Assembly (NCBI GenBank): GCA_905178155.1
Contig: CAJINV010000003.1
Coordinates: 618,720-682,719 of the forward strand
Length of the DNA: 64,000 nucleotides
Direction: 5' to 3'
Origin: Amoebophrya sp. A120
Taxonomy: Eukaryota; Protista; Dinoflagellata
This document shows positions 30,440 to 43,834 of the stretch, in pieces; within the stretch, counting starts at the first letter, position 1, and the number at the start of each line of letters is the position of its first letter. A model generated the notes under the pieces. That model did not search any database and had not been told where the DNA came from. It saw only the letters and a program-made list of their open reading frames with translations. The position numbers and the translations under genes were made by a program.

Positions 30440-33400
30440 ATGTCGTTGTTGTTTGCATGGGGCAGCGGCGAGATGGGACAGTTGGGTGTTCCCCGCCCTG
30501 AAACTTCTACAGGGTCGTCGCATCCCTCCCACCCGCCTTTCGAGCCGTTCCCGACGCGTGTGTGGTGGAGGCAGGATGACTATGCACGAGACGTTGGACG
30601 AGCAGACGGTAGTACTAGCGCTGAACATCCTGCTCACCCCAACGCCAACATCAAGGTGCTCCGAAATCAACACCGGCACGCTTATTCCCCCGCGCACCCC
30701 ACCGTGAAGCAGCTCGCGGGCGGCGACGGACACAGCCTTCTGCTGACCACCCAGGGCGAGATGTACAGCTGGGGTGCCTGTGCCTGCGGCCAGCTGGGAC
30801 TGCCGGATCTCTCCGCCCTGCCCAAGGACCTGGAAGATTACCCGTTCCTGCCTCTTCCCTGCCGGATTCCCATGCCGACGTCGTCCAGAGCAGACCTGCG
30901 GATCGTGAAGATTGCGTGCGGGGACGCCCACAGTTGCGCGATCAGCGACGCGGGAGAGCTTTTCACATGGGGCGGCGGCGGCTGCGGGCAACTCGGACTA
31001 AAAACTGGGGGATTGAGCAAGGACGAGGACGGCTGTGCCTACCAGCCTATCCCCCGCCGCGTAGATTTCGATGGCTCTGCCGTTATTTCTGGGGGAACTA
31101 GTACTGGCGCTGGTGGTGATGGTGTAGTCAACGTCAACGACGAGATGAACTACAATGCTGCACATCAGTCAATAGGTACTTCTGAAGATGTAGGATCTTC
31201 TTCGTCATCAACGTTTCGAGCAGCAAACCACGACCACCGCACCAACGCGCCAATCAGAATCGTTGCCGTGGCTTGCGGAAAGGCCCACACCGTGTGTGTC
31301 TCGGCGTCCCACGAGGTGTACGCATTCGGGGCTGGGGCCTGCGGGCAGTTGGGGGTGGAAAACCTGACTTCCTATCCCCACGATGACGATGGCTATCCCT
31401 ACCAGCCGCTGCCGGTGAAGCTAGATTTCTTTGACGGAACAGCTGTTCGACCAGCATCAGCGAATGCTTCATCGTCTGATGTACTACTAGCGGAGCGTAG
31501 CCGCGGAGGCGATCATGAGGAGCAAACTGGAGATAAGTGCTGCGAAAGAAATATCGGTGTCGTAAAGGATGCCTGTGACATCGCCGCGGGTGACACACAC
31601 ACGGTCGTATTGACGGAGAGCGGTTTGGTATACGCGTTCGGCGCTGCCAGCTATGGTCAGCTCGGAATTGGTCCCCTGGATCAACTGAGTGAAGACCGCT
31701 TAGAGAACGAGTTTCAGACGGTATCCTGTGCAAAAGTATCGTACTCGTAGTAATTCCAGTCATGCATATTTACAGGTGAGAAAGTCAGCATTACAAAATC
31801 CATTATTTTCTTTTCGAAAAATTTCACCTTGTAATGCAATTTATACTAGTACGATACTTTTTCACTGCAGAGACGGACTCCGACGGCATTTTGTTCACCG
31901 CGGTACCGCAGCTAGTGAAATTCGACAACCTCACGTCTAGTTCATCTTGTTCGCCAGTCTACAGCTGTTCCTCCGTCGGGGAGCAGCAGGGAAACAAGAA
32001 GCCACGGCAGCGCAATATGCCTGTCCAAAGCCGAACTTTCTCCTCATCCAGTGGTGATTCAGTATCAACCAAGGCGCCATTATCTTCTTCTACTTCCGCA
32101 TTTGGTTGTAAGCCACCGCCTGTGCTGTTTTCCGATAACAAGCATAAGCACGGCCACGGAGTAGCTTCCGGGAGGTCGAATTTGAATGCTTCGTCAACCG
32201 CGGAGGAGCTGCACATGCCACGAATTTGCGCTGTGTCGTGTGGCGACTCCCACACGCTTTTTGTGACTCCACAGGGAGACGTTTTCGCGTGCGGTGCGAA
32301 CCAGTGTGGCCAGTGCGGAATCAATCCAAATCCGCCGCCATCAGCGCTCGGGCGCGGTGGGGGGCGCAGAAGTGGCGGCCCGTTGCGCGGTGGAACAGGC
32401 ACGGCATCCGATGAAAAAAGAATCTCATCATCAAGAACCGCCTCGAGCGCTCTCGGACGAGGAGCAGGCAATTCTAATTCAAACGACAATCGTTTGCAGC
32501 TCGTGCTGGCTCCAAATGCAGGAGCTTCTTCATCCAGAAGTGCATCAGCCTCGAATAGCAAGCACCTTCTGTTTGCTCCCGCGCAAATCCAGGCACTACA
32601 GCGCGAGGTAATCGTTCAGGCCTGTGGAGGAGAGCAGCATTCCCTGGTGTTGACGCAAAGCGGCGACGCGTATAGCTTTGGTGCAAACGGGAGTAGTATA
32701 ACAGCTCTCACTCCTTGCCCTGCTGCCAACGGAGGGATGATAGGGAATCAGGGACATAGTGGTGGTATCGCAGCAGGAGGTGGAGGAGCTGCTTCATCCT
32801 CTTCACACTACCTTCCACCGGGAAGAGGAAGCGCTGGCGGGGGACCACTGGTGAACAATACGGGCAATGCAGGAGGTGTAGTCACTGCTGGTAATGGCAA
32901 TCCCGCCGGAGGTGGAGCAGGACCCCGGGGAGGGACATCAATCGGAGGAACGGGACGGCAGCAGCAACAGCACACGACCACCTCGTCTTCCCTGTATAAT
33001 CACCTCTCGATTTCTGCGACCCTGGATCACCTGGCAGCAACCACCACCAATGGAAGTAGTAGGAACATCAACGGGCTGAACAATCCTTCGTCCGCAAGCT
33101 GCTCGCCCACCTCGTCCAGTCTCGCATCTTCCCCGACCATTGGTGGCGCAGGAACTTCGTCCGGCGCGACAGCAGCCGGAGTTGCAACCGGCGTCCCGTG
33201 GCGTCCGGTGCTGGTGCGGGATGGCTTCTTCGGACACACTGTGACCGTGATTGCCTGCGGGGGCGTGCACAACCTAGCTGCGTGCGAAAGCGTCATGAGC
33301 AGGACAGCACACGAGGCGCGCTCCTTCGAGGAGCTACTAAACAACTCGCGTTTTGCAGATCTAGAGCTCGTGGTTATCGAGGAGGGCAGGAAAACGAACA

Positions 33401-36400
33401 ACGACCGCAGGACGAACGCAGCGAGCCCAAATGAAAAGAGCGACACGAGGACTGAAGACGCTGCAGGCGGTATGGACGCGGGTACTTCTCCTACAGCCTT
33501 GTTTGCGCACTCGTGTCTACTGCGAAAGCGAGCTCCAAAGTTCGCTGAAATGCTGCTTCGTGCTCCTACAGAAAATCAAAATTCGTCTGAACAATCGCAA
33601 ATCGGGCACACAACGGATGCGGGGGTTAAGAACGCTTGTACCACGAGCACCCGAGGAGGAACGCGGCGCACAGTGCGCTTATCGAACATAAGCGCATTTG
33701 CTTTGTTGGAGGTGCTGCGGTTTCTTTACTCCGAGCAAACGTCACCGTCTTTTGTCGGCGAAAAAGTTTCTTCTTGCGTGGCTGCACTCGATGATGATAC
33801 AGCTGGAAGGGCAAGGAATTGCTACGATGGTGGAAACACGACTTCCGGGACTTCTCCCTGCTCTGGTTCAAATTTACTGAAAGTTCCTTTCCAAGTCCTG
33901 CTCGAAATGGCGCGTTTTGCGTCGATGTACGGGCTTCACAGGTTGCGTGCGGAGTGTGACGAATGCTTTCGGGCACAGTACCTCTTCCGACGTCACGATG
34001 AGTGGGCGCCTCTACCAGTAAACCTAAACCCGGTCGTCGTCCCGGGCATCGGGCCTTCATCTGCGATGTTGCAGAGGACGCAATCATTTGAGACTGTCGA
34101 GGAAAGAAGTGCTGACCGAAATGCGCGACAAAAAGCCGCGTCGTCGCTGCTCGAAGTTGCTGCGAGGCTTTTCTGTGGTGATAGCAGCTCCGCAGGCGGG
34201 CTGCAAGCGCTCGCCGGGGCCACAATGTTGCTCGAGGATGCTCTGCGACGAGTGCATGCCAGCATACCGGAGCAGGACCACTCGCCCAGTAGAAATCGGA
34301 ACCTCTTTCCATTGAATCAACAGAACCACTCTCAGTTTCCGCACATCGCGAGCGCGAGCGGCGCGCGCATTCACAGTTTTACAACCTCCACGCGACCACT
34401 GCGCAATGGCTCCTCCTCTTTTAACGGTGGAGGTGGGGCTGCAGCTTCAAATTTTGAAGACGCGCAGAACATCAACCCTACCGGAATTCAAGAAAATTTG
34501 GGGATCGTGGAGACAATTCAGAATATTTTGCACCCACCAAGCCACGGATCGGCTTTTGATTTCGGGGGTACCACAGGACCAGGGGGTGCAGGCGGAGGAC
34601 GCCTGCAGTTTCTTCCACCAAGGCAGCACGCGACTTCCTCTGGGTCGTCTCGATTAACCACAGGCACTTCCAACTTGTTTCAGCAAAGTCACAGCCAAAT
34701 GCAGCCACCCAGCGATCATCCATCTCGTACCTCACGCGGAGGAGCAGGTGGTCCTGGGATGCAAGCAGGCGAAAGGGGGCCAATAGAGGTACCCAGTAGC
34801 TGGTTCGATGCTACTAACCTTGATGTGGGCTTTCTGGATGGTGCGTCTTTGGAGCGATTCGAGCAGTGCCTGCGAGGTCTCCGGCAGACCATAGAAGCTA
34901 GGGCGAAGGAGCACTCCAACAGTAGAGGTGGCGCATTTAGTTGTACCACCACGGGACGAGCAGGGGAGCAGGTCATCTGGCCGCGTTTCGTCCCGGCTTG
35001 TTCATCCCTCCCATGGGCGTTAGACATTGAACGCGCGATTGCGGCGCCTGATGTTGGTGCTGCCCCTAGTGATATCGAAACGTCCAGGAGCGAAGCGGAC
35101 GAATCTCACAAGGCTGCTACGTTCAGTACTACGACCGGGCGGCCTAGTGCACCCGGTCTTAACACGTCATCTGCGCCGGACGTCGACTGGGGATTCTTTC
35201 TGCTGCCGGGGTTTTCCCAGGCCTTGCTGCTCGATCGCAAAACCTTCCGCGAAACCCTTGAGAAGGGTTGCGTAATTAGTCTCTTCGACGATAGTGGAAT
35301 GCACGCTGTCACCTCCACCGGGCCGTCGACGCCCGCATCCTCTTCCGCGGAAGCAGAAAGCAACAAGAAAGTTGCGTTTAACTGCAACGAAGAATCTCAA
35401 TCTCCAACAAAAGCGACAAGTCCACTCTTGTCGAGGAACTACGAGAGGAACCTGATGGACCACAGCGCCGATATAACTACAACGAGTAGTCAACAACAAG
35501 CAGGGTGCCGCCTACTTGAAGAAGAGCATGAACAGCATTGCTGGGTCGACTTTGATCGGAAGAAGATAATTACACTGCAGGATGATGATCCTGCTCGTGA
35601 AGTACTAGATTCTTCGTGCTCGGACGTGCAATTGCAGCTGCACACACTGGATGGCGTCATCGTATTCCACGGCCATCGCATTTTCCTGGCTCGTATGCAA
35701 TACAAATTTCCCGTGCATGTACAAGATGCATCACGAATGTCGCCAATTTGGAGCGTAAAACTTGTCATGCTAAACTAGAAGCAAAGCCAAGTTTTGTCAT
35801 GCAGCGACCGCATTTGTACGTGTATGGGAAATTTACTGTGGATAGCTCGCGATTCCGCATATTTCGAGTCGCTGCTGGGTGGTGAGTTTGAGGAGGCACG
35901 GGGGACGAGGATGAACTACAGAACAACTGGAGGTAGCTCTACTACTAACTCCACCTCCTGTGAGCAGCCACTAAACATCGTTATCGATTTCGAGCACGAG
36001 GCGGATTTGTTTTCGAAATTGTTGGAGTTTCTGTATTTCGGTCGCTGCGGCCGGTACCTGGGTTATGAGGAAGACAACTTCTGGTCGCCTCTTGATCACT
36101 ACGCACCGCTCGAAAATACAAGGCGCGGTCGATTGAACAGAACGAGGGGTGGCGTTGTTGATGATGGGGGTCCTGGTCGTGGTGCCGCAAGTTATGAGGA
36201 TCCGGAACATGACCAAACAACTGCAGGAGCTCTTGCTAATGCTAGATCTTCTGGAGCATGGTACAATGTTAATTTCCCTTTTCGGGGACGAGCAGAACCA
36301 CAAGCAATAGGTGTTGTAGACGGGGAGGGGGTGGACAGAGTCATCTCTGAACAAGACGAAGCGGATTTGGGGAGCAGGATCAACAATGTTACAAATGGAA

Positions 36401-38086
36401 CTACGCATGAAGAACAAGAGGAAGACGATGAGGACGAGGAAACAGAACTGGTAAACAGTTCGACTCCAACATTACACGCCAATCTTGAAGTTCAAGATCA
36501 AAATGGACACGATGCGTGCACTGGCGATCGGCCAGTGACAGCGTTGGAATTGGAAGGAGCAAGATCAGTACGGGATCCGGCAGCTGCAGCTGCTTCATCC
36601 GACTCGCCACAGCAATCCGGATCTTCTGCGGCCAGGGCTGCGACGTCATCTCCATTGCAGCACAAGGATGAAGGAACTCATGAGAGCTGCAACGGCGCAG
36701 ATGAAGGCCAGCCACTACAACTTGACGATGCCTCCTCATCGTCAGCAAGTGGCACTACAAGCGACATCAAGATTGAGCCTATTCTGTTGAGCGAAGAAGG
36801 AGCTGCTGCCGCCCTCTCGGCTGCACCCACACCGCCACAGGACATCAACGAGGCAAGAAGTTCATCCTCGTCCTCTACTGCTCTTCCTCTTGGTCCTGCT
36901 AAGCAAGTCCGGAAATCGCGTTTCCCTGAAGCGTGCTGGAGATCCAGCCCGGAGATCATGACCGAGGAGGCCGCGGGCGCGGCAGCACTTGTGGGGACGA
37001 ACAAGAACATAGCTGGCTCATCGTCCTGTAGCTCATCTTCCCGCGGCGGCTCCCCAAGTTGTGTTGACCAGGAGCCAGACAGTCCCCTTGATCTACTTCC
37101 CATCGTGGCAACCACGACCATCACGAGGTACCTGCCCGCGGCGTTTGTTGAGGAGCTGGAATTATACCAGCAAACGAATCTAGTTGACGAGGATCAACAT
37201 CTTGTCGGCCAGCAAGAACGGACCACAGCCACCCATACCAATTTCGCCGCCCCCGTGCAGCTTCCGCCTACGCCGTCCGCAGCAGGAGCAGGGGCCAGCG
37301 GCGCAGGAGCTGCGGCTGCCTCATCCTCGTCGAGCGGAGTCGGTGCTAGTGGTGTCGGTCAACATCATCGTTCTGGTCACACCAGTGCAGCAACCTCATC
37401 CACCGGCAGGACGACCAGACCTCTGCGTAGCACAAGTTCTACTTGTGGCGCGTTGGGAACATCCAGCTCCTCCGCGTTTGAAGGCGTTCGTTTTCAGTAC
37501 CAGGTTTACTGGCTGGAAAAGCACTACGACTACACGTACTCCATGCTCCCCGTGGCGGATTTCTTCCAGGTGCTCAGCCTGAAGAGGCTCTGCGAGCTGG
37601 CGCTGATGAACATGCTAAACGCGGAGAACGTCGTGGACGTCCTGTCCCTTTCGGATCGATACAACGCGCCCCGGTTGAAACAGCGCTGCATATGCATCGC
37701 AAATATGTCATCCAGGTCTGGAAACTTGTGATGCCGAATGGTCATCATGACTGAGTGCGCCTGTAAGTGCAGCGAAGAATGGCAAATGTTTCAATTGCAG
37801 CTCTCTAATACGCAGTAGTACGCGCTAATACTACAACCTGCGACTATGCATTTACGATGAAAATGTGGTGGCGCTTTTGTGCTTATGCAATTATACAGAT
37901 TTTTCAAGAATGCGAGACACGCAATACAAGTCCAATCTTTCCTGACCCTCCAGACTTGTTTGCAATGCATACTGCATCCTCTTCATCAACGAAGACCGAG
38001 AGGTGTTTGCCGAGGTGACACAGTCCGACGACTTTAGTTGCCTCAGTAAGGAACTCATCCTCGAGATCGTGCGGCAAAACCACTAA
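30440..38086 (+). CDS. RCC1-repeat, BTB/POZ and BACK domain protein (RCBTB-like) with 3 introners
   Basis: Repeated ACGDAHS..GELFTWGGGGCGQLG RCC1 units; FAHSCLL and HGHRIFLAR-DSAYFESLLGGEFEE BTB motifs; ENVVDVLSLSDRYNAPRLKQRC-ILFI...LSKELILEI BACK-like end. Confidence 0.9.
31722..31871. mobile_element. Introner, family A (150 bp), reverse orientation, TSD GACGG
   Basis: tatcctgtgcaaaagtatcgtact...agtacgatactttttcactgcaga; removal gives FQT-DSDG. Confidence 0.88.
35694..35844. mobile_element. Introner (151 bp), TSD GCTCG
   Basis: tatgcaatacaaatttcccgtgcatgtacaa / ttgtacgtgtatgggaaatttactgtggata; interrupts the BTB motif. Confidence 0.9.
37691..37971. mobile_element. Introner, D-related (281 bp), TSD CTGCA
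   Basis: tatgcatcgcaaa / tttgcaatgcata; removal restores the BACK domain. Confidence 0.88.
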
Positions 38087-39224
38087 GTGAAAGAACATGA
38101 TCATGTTGTGCCGACGAACGAGACACTTCGATTTGTTGTGATGAAGTTACTTACCGTCCTCTGCCGCGCTCACGCAACTGATATTGAACCAAAGAAAACC
38201 AAAGCCATCGATTTCGATGTCGTGTGTAAGTTGTAGGCTGTTTTGATGTACTAGTTGTAGTTGGTGCTTGTGTCGTGTTGCGGGTCGCCACTACGAAAGC
38301 ACGAGGTCAACACCTAGAACTGCTGATCCTAGAAAAAGGTGAAGAAGGTTCTGCTCGAATGAAATCATGCGGCCCAATTTGCAAACTTCGGTCTGGCCGA
38401 CGGTAGTCCGTCTAATAGTTATCCCAGTATTTAGGTGGCGCCGTTTGTGGTTGTCACGAGGTGGCTCGCACCTCCCCGGAGTGAGAGAAGGTTCGTTACC
38501 AGGCTTCAGTGCCTTTCGTCTGGCTTGGGCTCCTGGTGCTGCGTTCACCGTTGGGAGTATATATAATAACATAAGAACATAAGCCTGGCTGCATTGGCGG
38601 CCGACCTTACGCGCACCATCAGAAGTGCGGAACTGGCCGGCCTTTGTGGTGTCTCACCATCAGAAGTGCGAACTACGAGGGCCGGGGCGTGCCACCTCAT
38701 CATCATCATCATCATCATCATTGCGTGGATCGTGTGTGTATGTATCATGCTTGATACTCACTGACTTTTCGCCGGAAGAGAGGTCCATACTTTTGCACTT
38801 TTTCGAATCATGTCAACATCTTGATGTTGATTTTGATCTTCTTTGAAGTTGAACATCTAGATCAAGATCTGGACGAAGATGTTGCGCAGCTTGTTGGCTC
38901 CTTGTTTCCTGTTTATTTCCTCGCTTCGTATAATTTCACACTCAACATCACGTAGTGTGTTGGATCCGTGTGTTTATGGTGGCTTTCTTGGCCGGTGGCG
39001 GTGTTTTTCTTTTTTTTTTTTGATATTTTGCATCACTTGCTTGATGTAGTCCATGATCCCTACCAGACGATCCCAAGCCCTATTTCGGTGGACGATAACT
39101 AGGCGTTGTTGTTTTGCAATAAGTAGTAGTCAAAGCTGCAAAGAGCAAGACAATTCAGTGAAGATCGTGCGGAGCGATTCCCATTACTGCTCAGTTTGGC
39201 GCGCCCCGAAGATCATCCTCGACG

Positions 39225-39815
39225 TTGATTAATCTAGACAGCCCAAGAATGCCGCACGTTTATTTATCCAACCAGAAGGTCGAGCGTGGGCCTGCAACAA
39301 GAGCAGAGTTGCAGCGTGCCGCCCGAAACTGGAAGTTGGCACAGGAGGCACCAATCTTACAAGCGAGTGCAGCGGAGCGCCGTGCGAAATTGAAAGAGGC
39401 CAGGATGAAATTACGAGGTCAAGAAGTACAAGTAGTAGGAGAACAGGCAACAGAAGTGGGGGCAGGTGGGGACGCAGCACAAGCAGGATCCTCTTCCTCA
39501 AGTGCAAGTACAAGTACAAAATCCACCCACGACGTCGAGGACACAAGCAAACTACATGAAAATGCAAATGGTACTGCACTGACCAACACCGAGCAAAACA
39601 TAGGTGTAGGTCTGACGGGAGCAGCAGCAGTGCCAGGAACGGAAGCCGCTCAAGCGCAGCAAGAGGACGTGACGAGCAACGTGGCTCAAGGGAGCCCGAC
39701 CCAGACCGAACATGACACAGCGAGTACACCGAGTGCGATCGAAAACGACCCTGCTACCCCCACCTGGTCAGTCTTTTTTAATTTTATCTCAGTACAAGTA
39801 CAACAACAACTCTAG
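39225..39815 (+). CDS. Hypothetical ORF or exon, possibly part of a larger gene
   Basis: 196-aa ORF with coding-like composition; boundaries uncertain. Confidence 0.35.
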   Translation: MINLDSPRMPHVYLSNQKVERGPATRAELQRAARNWKLAQEAPILQASAAERRAKLKEARMKLRGQEVQVVGEQATEVGAGGDAAQAGSSSSSASTSTKSTHDVEDTSKLHENANGTALTNTEQNIGVGLTGAAAVPGTEAAQAQQEDVTSNVAQGSPTQTEHDTASTPSAIENDPATPTWSVFFNFISVQVQQQL

Positions 39816-39917
39816 TAATAGTATTAGCATACGCTTTTCGTTTTGGGACTGGTTTTCAAATTCAATAAATGTCAAGTACCAGCAGCAGGAAAAGGAAGTA
39901 GATCAACCTGAAAATAT

Positions 39918-41749
39918 ATGGATTTCTTCGCATTTCTGTTGATTAAAGCCCACAAAAGACCTGGCCGTTTATTGCGAGTGTACGCTCAACCACAACCTCA
40001 ACCTGAAAAATATCAAACGAAATGGAGGAACTACAGGAGGAAGACGTCTGCGGTACTAGTACCGATGAGCAGCAGCAGCGAGGACGAACAGGAAGAAGAA
40101 GCGGACGACCACTCGAGTACTCGCACGCCTTCGCAGGAGTTCGGAGAAGGAGCACAAGGGCATCAACCGGCATCCGGGAAGAAGGATAAGATGAACGAAT
40201 CTTCGATTGCATCAGAATCGACTAGCCCGACCTTGATTCTTCCCGGAAATGCTGGCACTGGCAGTGATGTTGAGCATGAAGGTCGTGCACAAGTTGTACA
40301 ACTCTACGAGGAGAACAGCGCTCACGAGCAAGTGGAAGACGAACAAGTTGTGCTGCAGGAAAAGCAACTCTGCGAGAAGAACAGCGCTCACCACGAGCAA
40401 GTGGAACTACACGAACAGGTTGTGGAGGACGACAACGTAAAAATCAACGATAGCAAGAAGAAGAACACCTCCATTAATACCAGCGAGCAAAAGCACGAAG
40501 ACTGTGTGGAGATCATGTTGAAGCCTGACTTGTGCCACGACGAGGACAACATCTTCATCGGGCACCAGCTCAAGGATGATCATCACGGGATGAAGTACGA
40601 CGCAGTGGATGATGACCATGACGAGAAGCTGCAGCTTCTGGTGGAGAAGTTCTTCGTTGTCAAGGCGAACAAACTAGTAGCGTCCGTGTTTTTCGTATGG
40701 CGAAAGCACAAGAATATTTCCCGACGCCGCCGTGCCGAAGCTCTCTCGTTCGGCTCCTTGGCTCCTGCCCTCGCGGTGCAACAAGCGATCCCAGGTTTTC
40801 ATCGGCTAGACTTTTGGGCACGGGTGGACCAGTTGAACATCCGGCTTGATCAAGGTTTCGATTTTACTTGCGACGATCATGAAATCGTAAGGTTCAACAA
40901 ACAACAAGAACGTTGTAGTGCTCGCGACGAGAAGGAAAATAATACTAGTCCGCTCGGTACTTCTATTGGCGACGAAGCAGCAGGACAAGGACAGGTAGGC
41001 CCCGAGGAGGACGTCGTAGTTGACCAGATGAAGGCTACTTCTATTTTGTTGAGCCATGTTGATGAGGATGAGGACCGCGACAGAGCGGCTGAGCTGGGTG
41101 ATGAGGCTGAGCGGTGTGTTGAGACCACCGACCACGAGCAAAACGTCGAAACGAACGAAACCACTGAAGACCACGAGCAACAAAGCGTTGAAAACTGCTC
41201 AACAGAGAAGCACCTCCGTCTGGACCGTGACTGGTCGTGGATGAATTCCAATTCTACTTCGGAACAAAACGAAACAGAAATTTCGACGAAAGACGCATGC
41301 GGAAAAATCGCGGAGGACGACGGTTCGCGGGTGAATGTCGACGCGCTGAAAGCATTTCGCAGACAGGCAATGCAGGACACAGCAGCTGCGCGATCGCGGA
41401 AAAAAACATCTTCGAGCCGACACTATGCATTGCAAAAGTATCGTACTAGTATAAATCGCATGACAAGTTTGCTCAGCATGAGAAATGAAATTTGTCATGC
41501 TGTTTTGCCTTGTTGGAAAGGAGATTTGTAATGCATGACTGCAATTACTACGAGTGCGATACTTTTGCACAGGACCAACACAGCAGCTACAAACCGCCGG
41601 TCTTTCGCTATCCGAGCGTAGATGCCGAGTCCGTCAGGCGAAACCATGCTGAGTCGTGGGATGGCGCTACCCGGTTGACTTATAGATTTTTGACTAATAT
41701 TCTGAAGAAGAAGAGCAGGATGAGGATGAGGACGAATGACAGCAGGTAA
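39918..41749 (+). CDS. Hypothetical acidic protein with one introner
   Basis: 537-aa ORF continues SRH-SSYKPPVFRYP...NDSR* after removing 41424-41576; start uncertain. Confidence 0.6.
41424..41576. mobile_element. Introner, family A (153 bp), TSD GACAC/AACAC
   Basis: Family A sequence; 3' end eroded (aggacc). Confidence 0.88.
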
Positions 41750-42442
41750 AGAAAAGTGATAGCTGTGTACTAGTAGTCGCTTTTCAATATGGTCATGACG
41801 TCGAACACTTTTTCGTCTTTCACCGGACGAGAAGATCAAGGGAGACAACATTGACTGCTCTCACACTGGTGCTGCATCATGCAACAAGACCCGATTTATT
41901 TTTGCTGCTTATTCTAAGTACTGTACCACGACTTCGAAGAACCAACTTTGGAACGGCTCTTTGCTTGCCTAGCGTGCTTTGAAAGAGTCTGCACAGAAAA
42001 TGTTGCAGCGATCATGCTGGTGTTTTCCTCTTCTTTCAACATCTCGCGCTTGTCGCCTCAACCTCAAATTCGATCTTCTCTGTTGCTGCTTTAGTTTTCT
42101 GTGATCCCAATTGTTTCTTGTTGCCGCTTTAGAATGAAGTGGTTGTCTACGACGAGGAATGCAATGTTGCCATTGCGTCCGATGTGGCGCTCGCGCTTGC
42201 GTCTTGTTGCGCAACATTTTTCACAGGAGATCGTCACCTTCAAATGATCGATCGCAAAATGTTGATCATCCTCGGTGTTTCTTGTTCACCTAGTTTCAAA
42301 ATCGCGATCCACCTTGTACAAAAGAACTCGCTCGCGTAGTTTGATAATTGATATTTCTGCCGGCAAGAGCAGCACGAGCACCAAGCCCCAGCCAGAGCTT
42401 GCCAGACTTTGTGCTCGAACTAACACCAAAAACAGCAAAAGA

Positions 42443-42757
42443 ATGCCACGTCGGCGCAACCGCGGTCCTCCCACGGAGGCGGAGTGGGCCCGGATCGCTC
42501 ACTACTCTGCGTTGTATATGGAAACTGTGCGACGCGAAATGGAGGATGCGGAAGGAGCATGGATGTGGGCGGAGGAGGACTGGGATTGGGTGGAAACTGG
42601 TCGTTGGCCGCAGGACAACTACTATCAGGATGACGGCCGTGACGAATGTGGAGGAACCGGCGCCACGAGGGAGGAGAAAAAGTGCGCAATCTGCTGCTCT
42701 ACCGGTGAATCGCCGGATGGGGACGTCGCCGACGAGGAAAGCGACGATGATGACTGA
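42443..42757 (+). CDS. Short hypothetical acidic, Trp-rich ORF
   Basis: MPRRRNRGPP...CAICC...ESDDDD*. Confidence 0.35.
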   Translation: MPRRRNRGPPTEAEWARIAHYSALYMETVRREMEDAEGAWMWAEEDWDWVETGRWPQDNYYQDDGRDECGGTGATREEKKCAICCSTGESPDGDVADEESDDDD

Positions 42758-43834
42758 GTCTGCCACTTGAAGACCAAGGCCTAGTATCGCGTTTATATGA
42801 TACGTCGTAATTTTTGTTTTGATATTTCGTTTTCGCCTCTGTAGAAGAACAGAGAAGAAGGAGAAGCAAAAATAATTGTTGCCGTGTCGACAAGCTCAAG
42901 CGACTTGATGGCTACAGATAAGAAAAATGTTTATTTCGTCGCGGTGCGGTACACGACCGTGTACGTGTAATATAGTTCGTTCTCTAGCGAAAAACAAAAA
43001 GCTTACGTTGTCAAAATGTTCTGGTCGGTCTTGTAGGTCCGTGCATATAACCTGCTGCTTCATCTGGGCGGTGTTGTACTGGCTATAGATACGAAACCTA
43101 ATGACGCTGCTCGTATCTATTCGTTTTCGTAACCAAAACATATAACGAGACAAAAAGCCACACGACGTTTATTGCTGGGCGGCCTGTAACAAGAACTTCA
43201 ACTTTTCACCGGCTGGAAATGACTCTAGTACTGAGAAATTATAGATACTGCCACGACAAGGAATTTCGATTTCAGGGGGCACGACGTGCTTCTGCAGCGA
43301 AATGTACTGACACAAAAATGTAAACAAAGACTATGGACGAGAGGCGAAGATATTTGAAGATAAGACCAACATCAATTTTTTGCAGGCACAGGAGGATGAT
43401 GCGACTACGTGGTAAATCTTTCCACGTCGCCGCGTTCTCCCTCGGCGGCTCCCTCCGGATCATTTCAGCCTTCTTCTTTAAAGTGCCTCGTTGTCGTTTC
43501 ACCGTTCTTTAGGTGCTGGTTTTGGTAAGGAGGCACTGCTTGTGGGTGGTCTATCTTGAGCGAGGGACATCAGCTCCTCCGAATTTGAATTTCGGTTGCC
43601 CCGAGGAGGGGTCTTGAAGATCAGGGCGGTACTACTAGTGGTCAGCACCAAGAGGGAGCAAATACACGACTCGGAGTTGTTGTTGGTGTTGTATGAGTGT
43701 ATAACGGTGTTGAGAGCTCGAGCTGGGACGAGGACGAGCCGGTTGCTTTTGTTGGGTCGTAAAGTCGTCAGAGATTTTGGCGAAAGTAGGGAAAGATCGG
43801 CCGCCCTAAGAGCAGGGCTGCCCCTGTTTCAAAG

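Noticed and set aside
38614-38721. Short duplicated caccatcagaagtgcg and a (CAT)n run
   Set aside because: Ordinary local duplication and microsatellite with no further structure.
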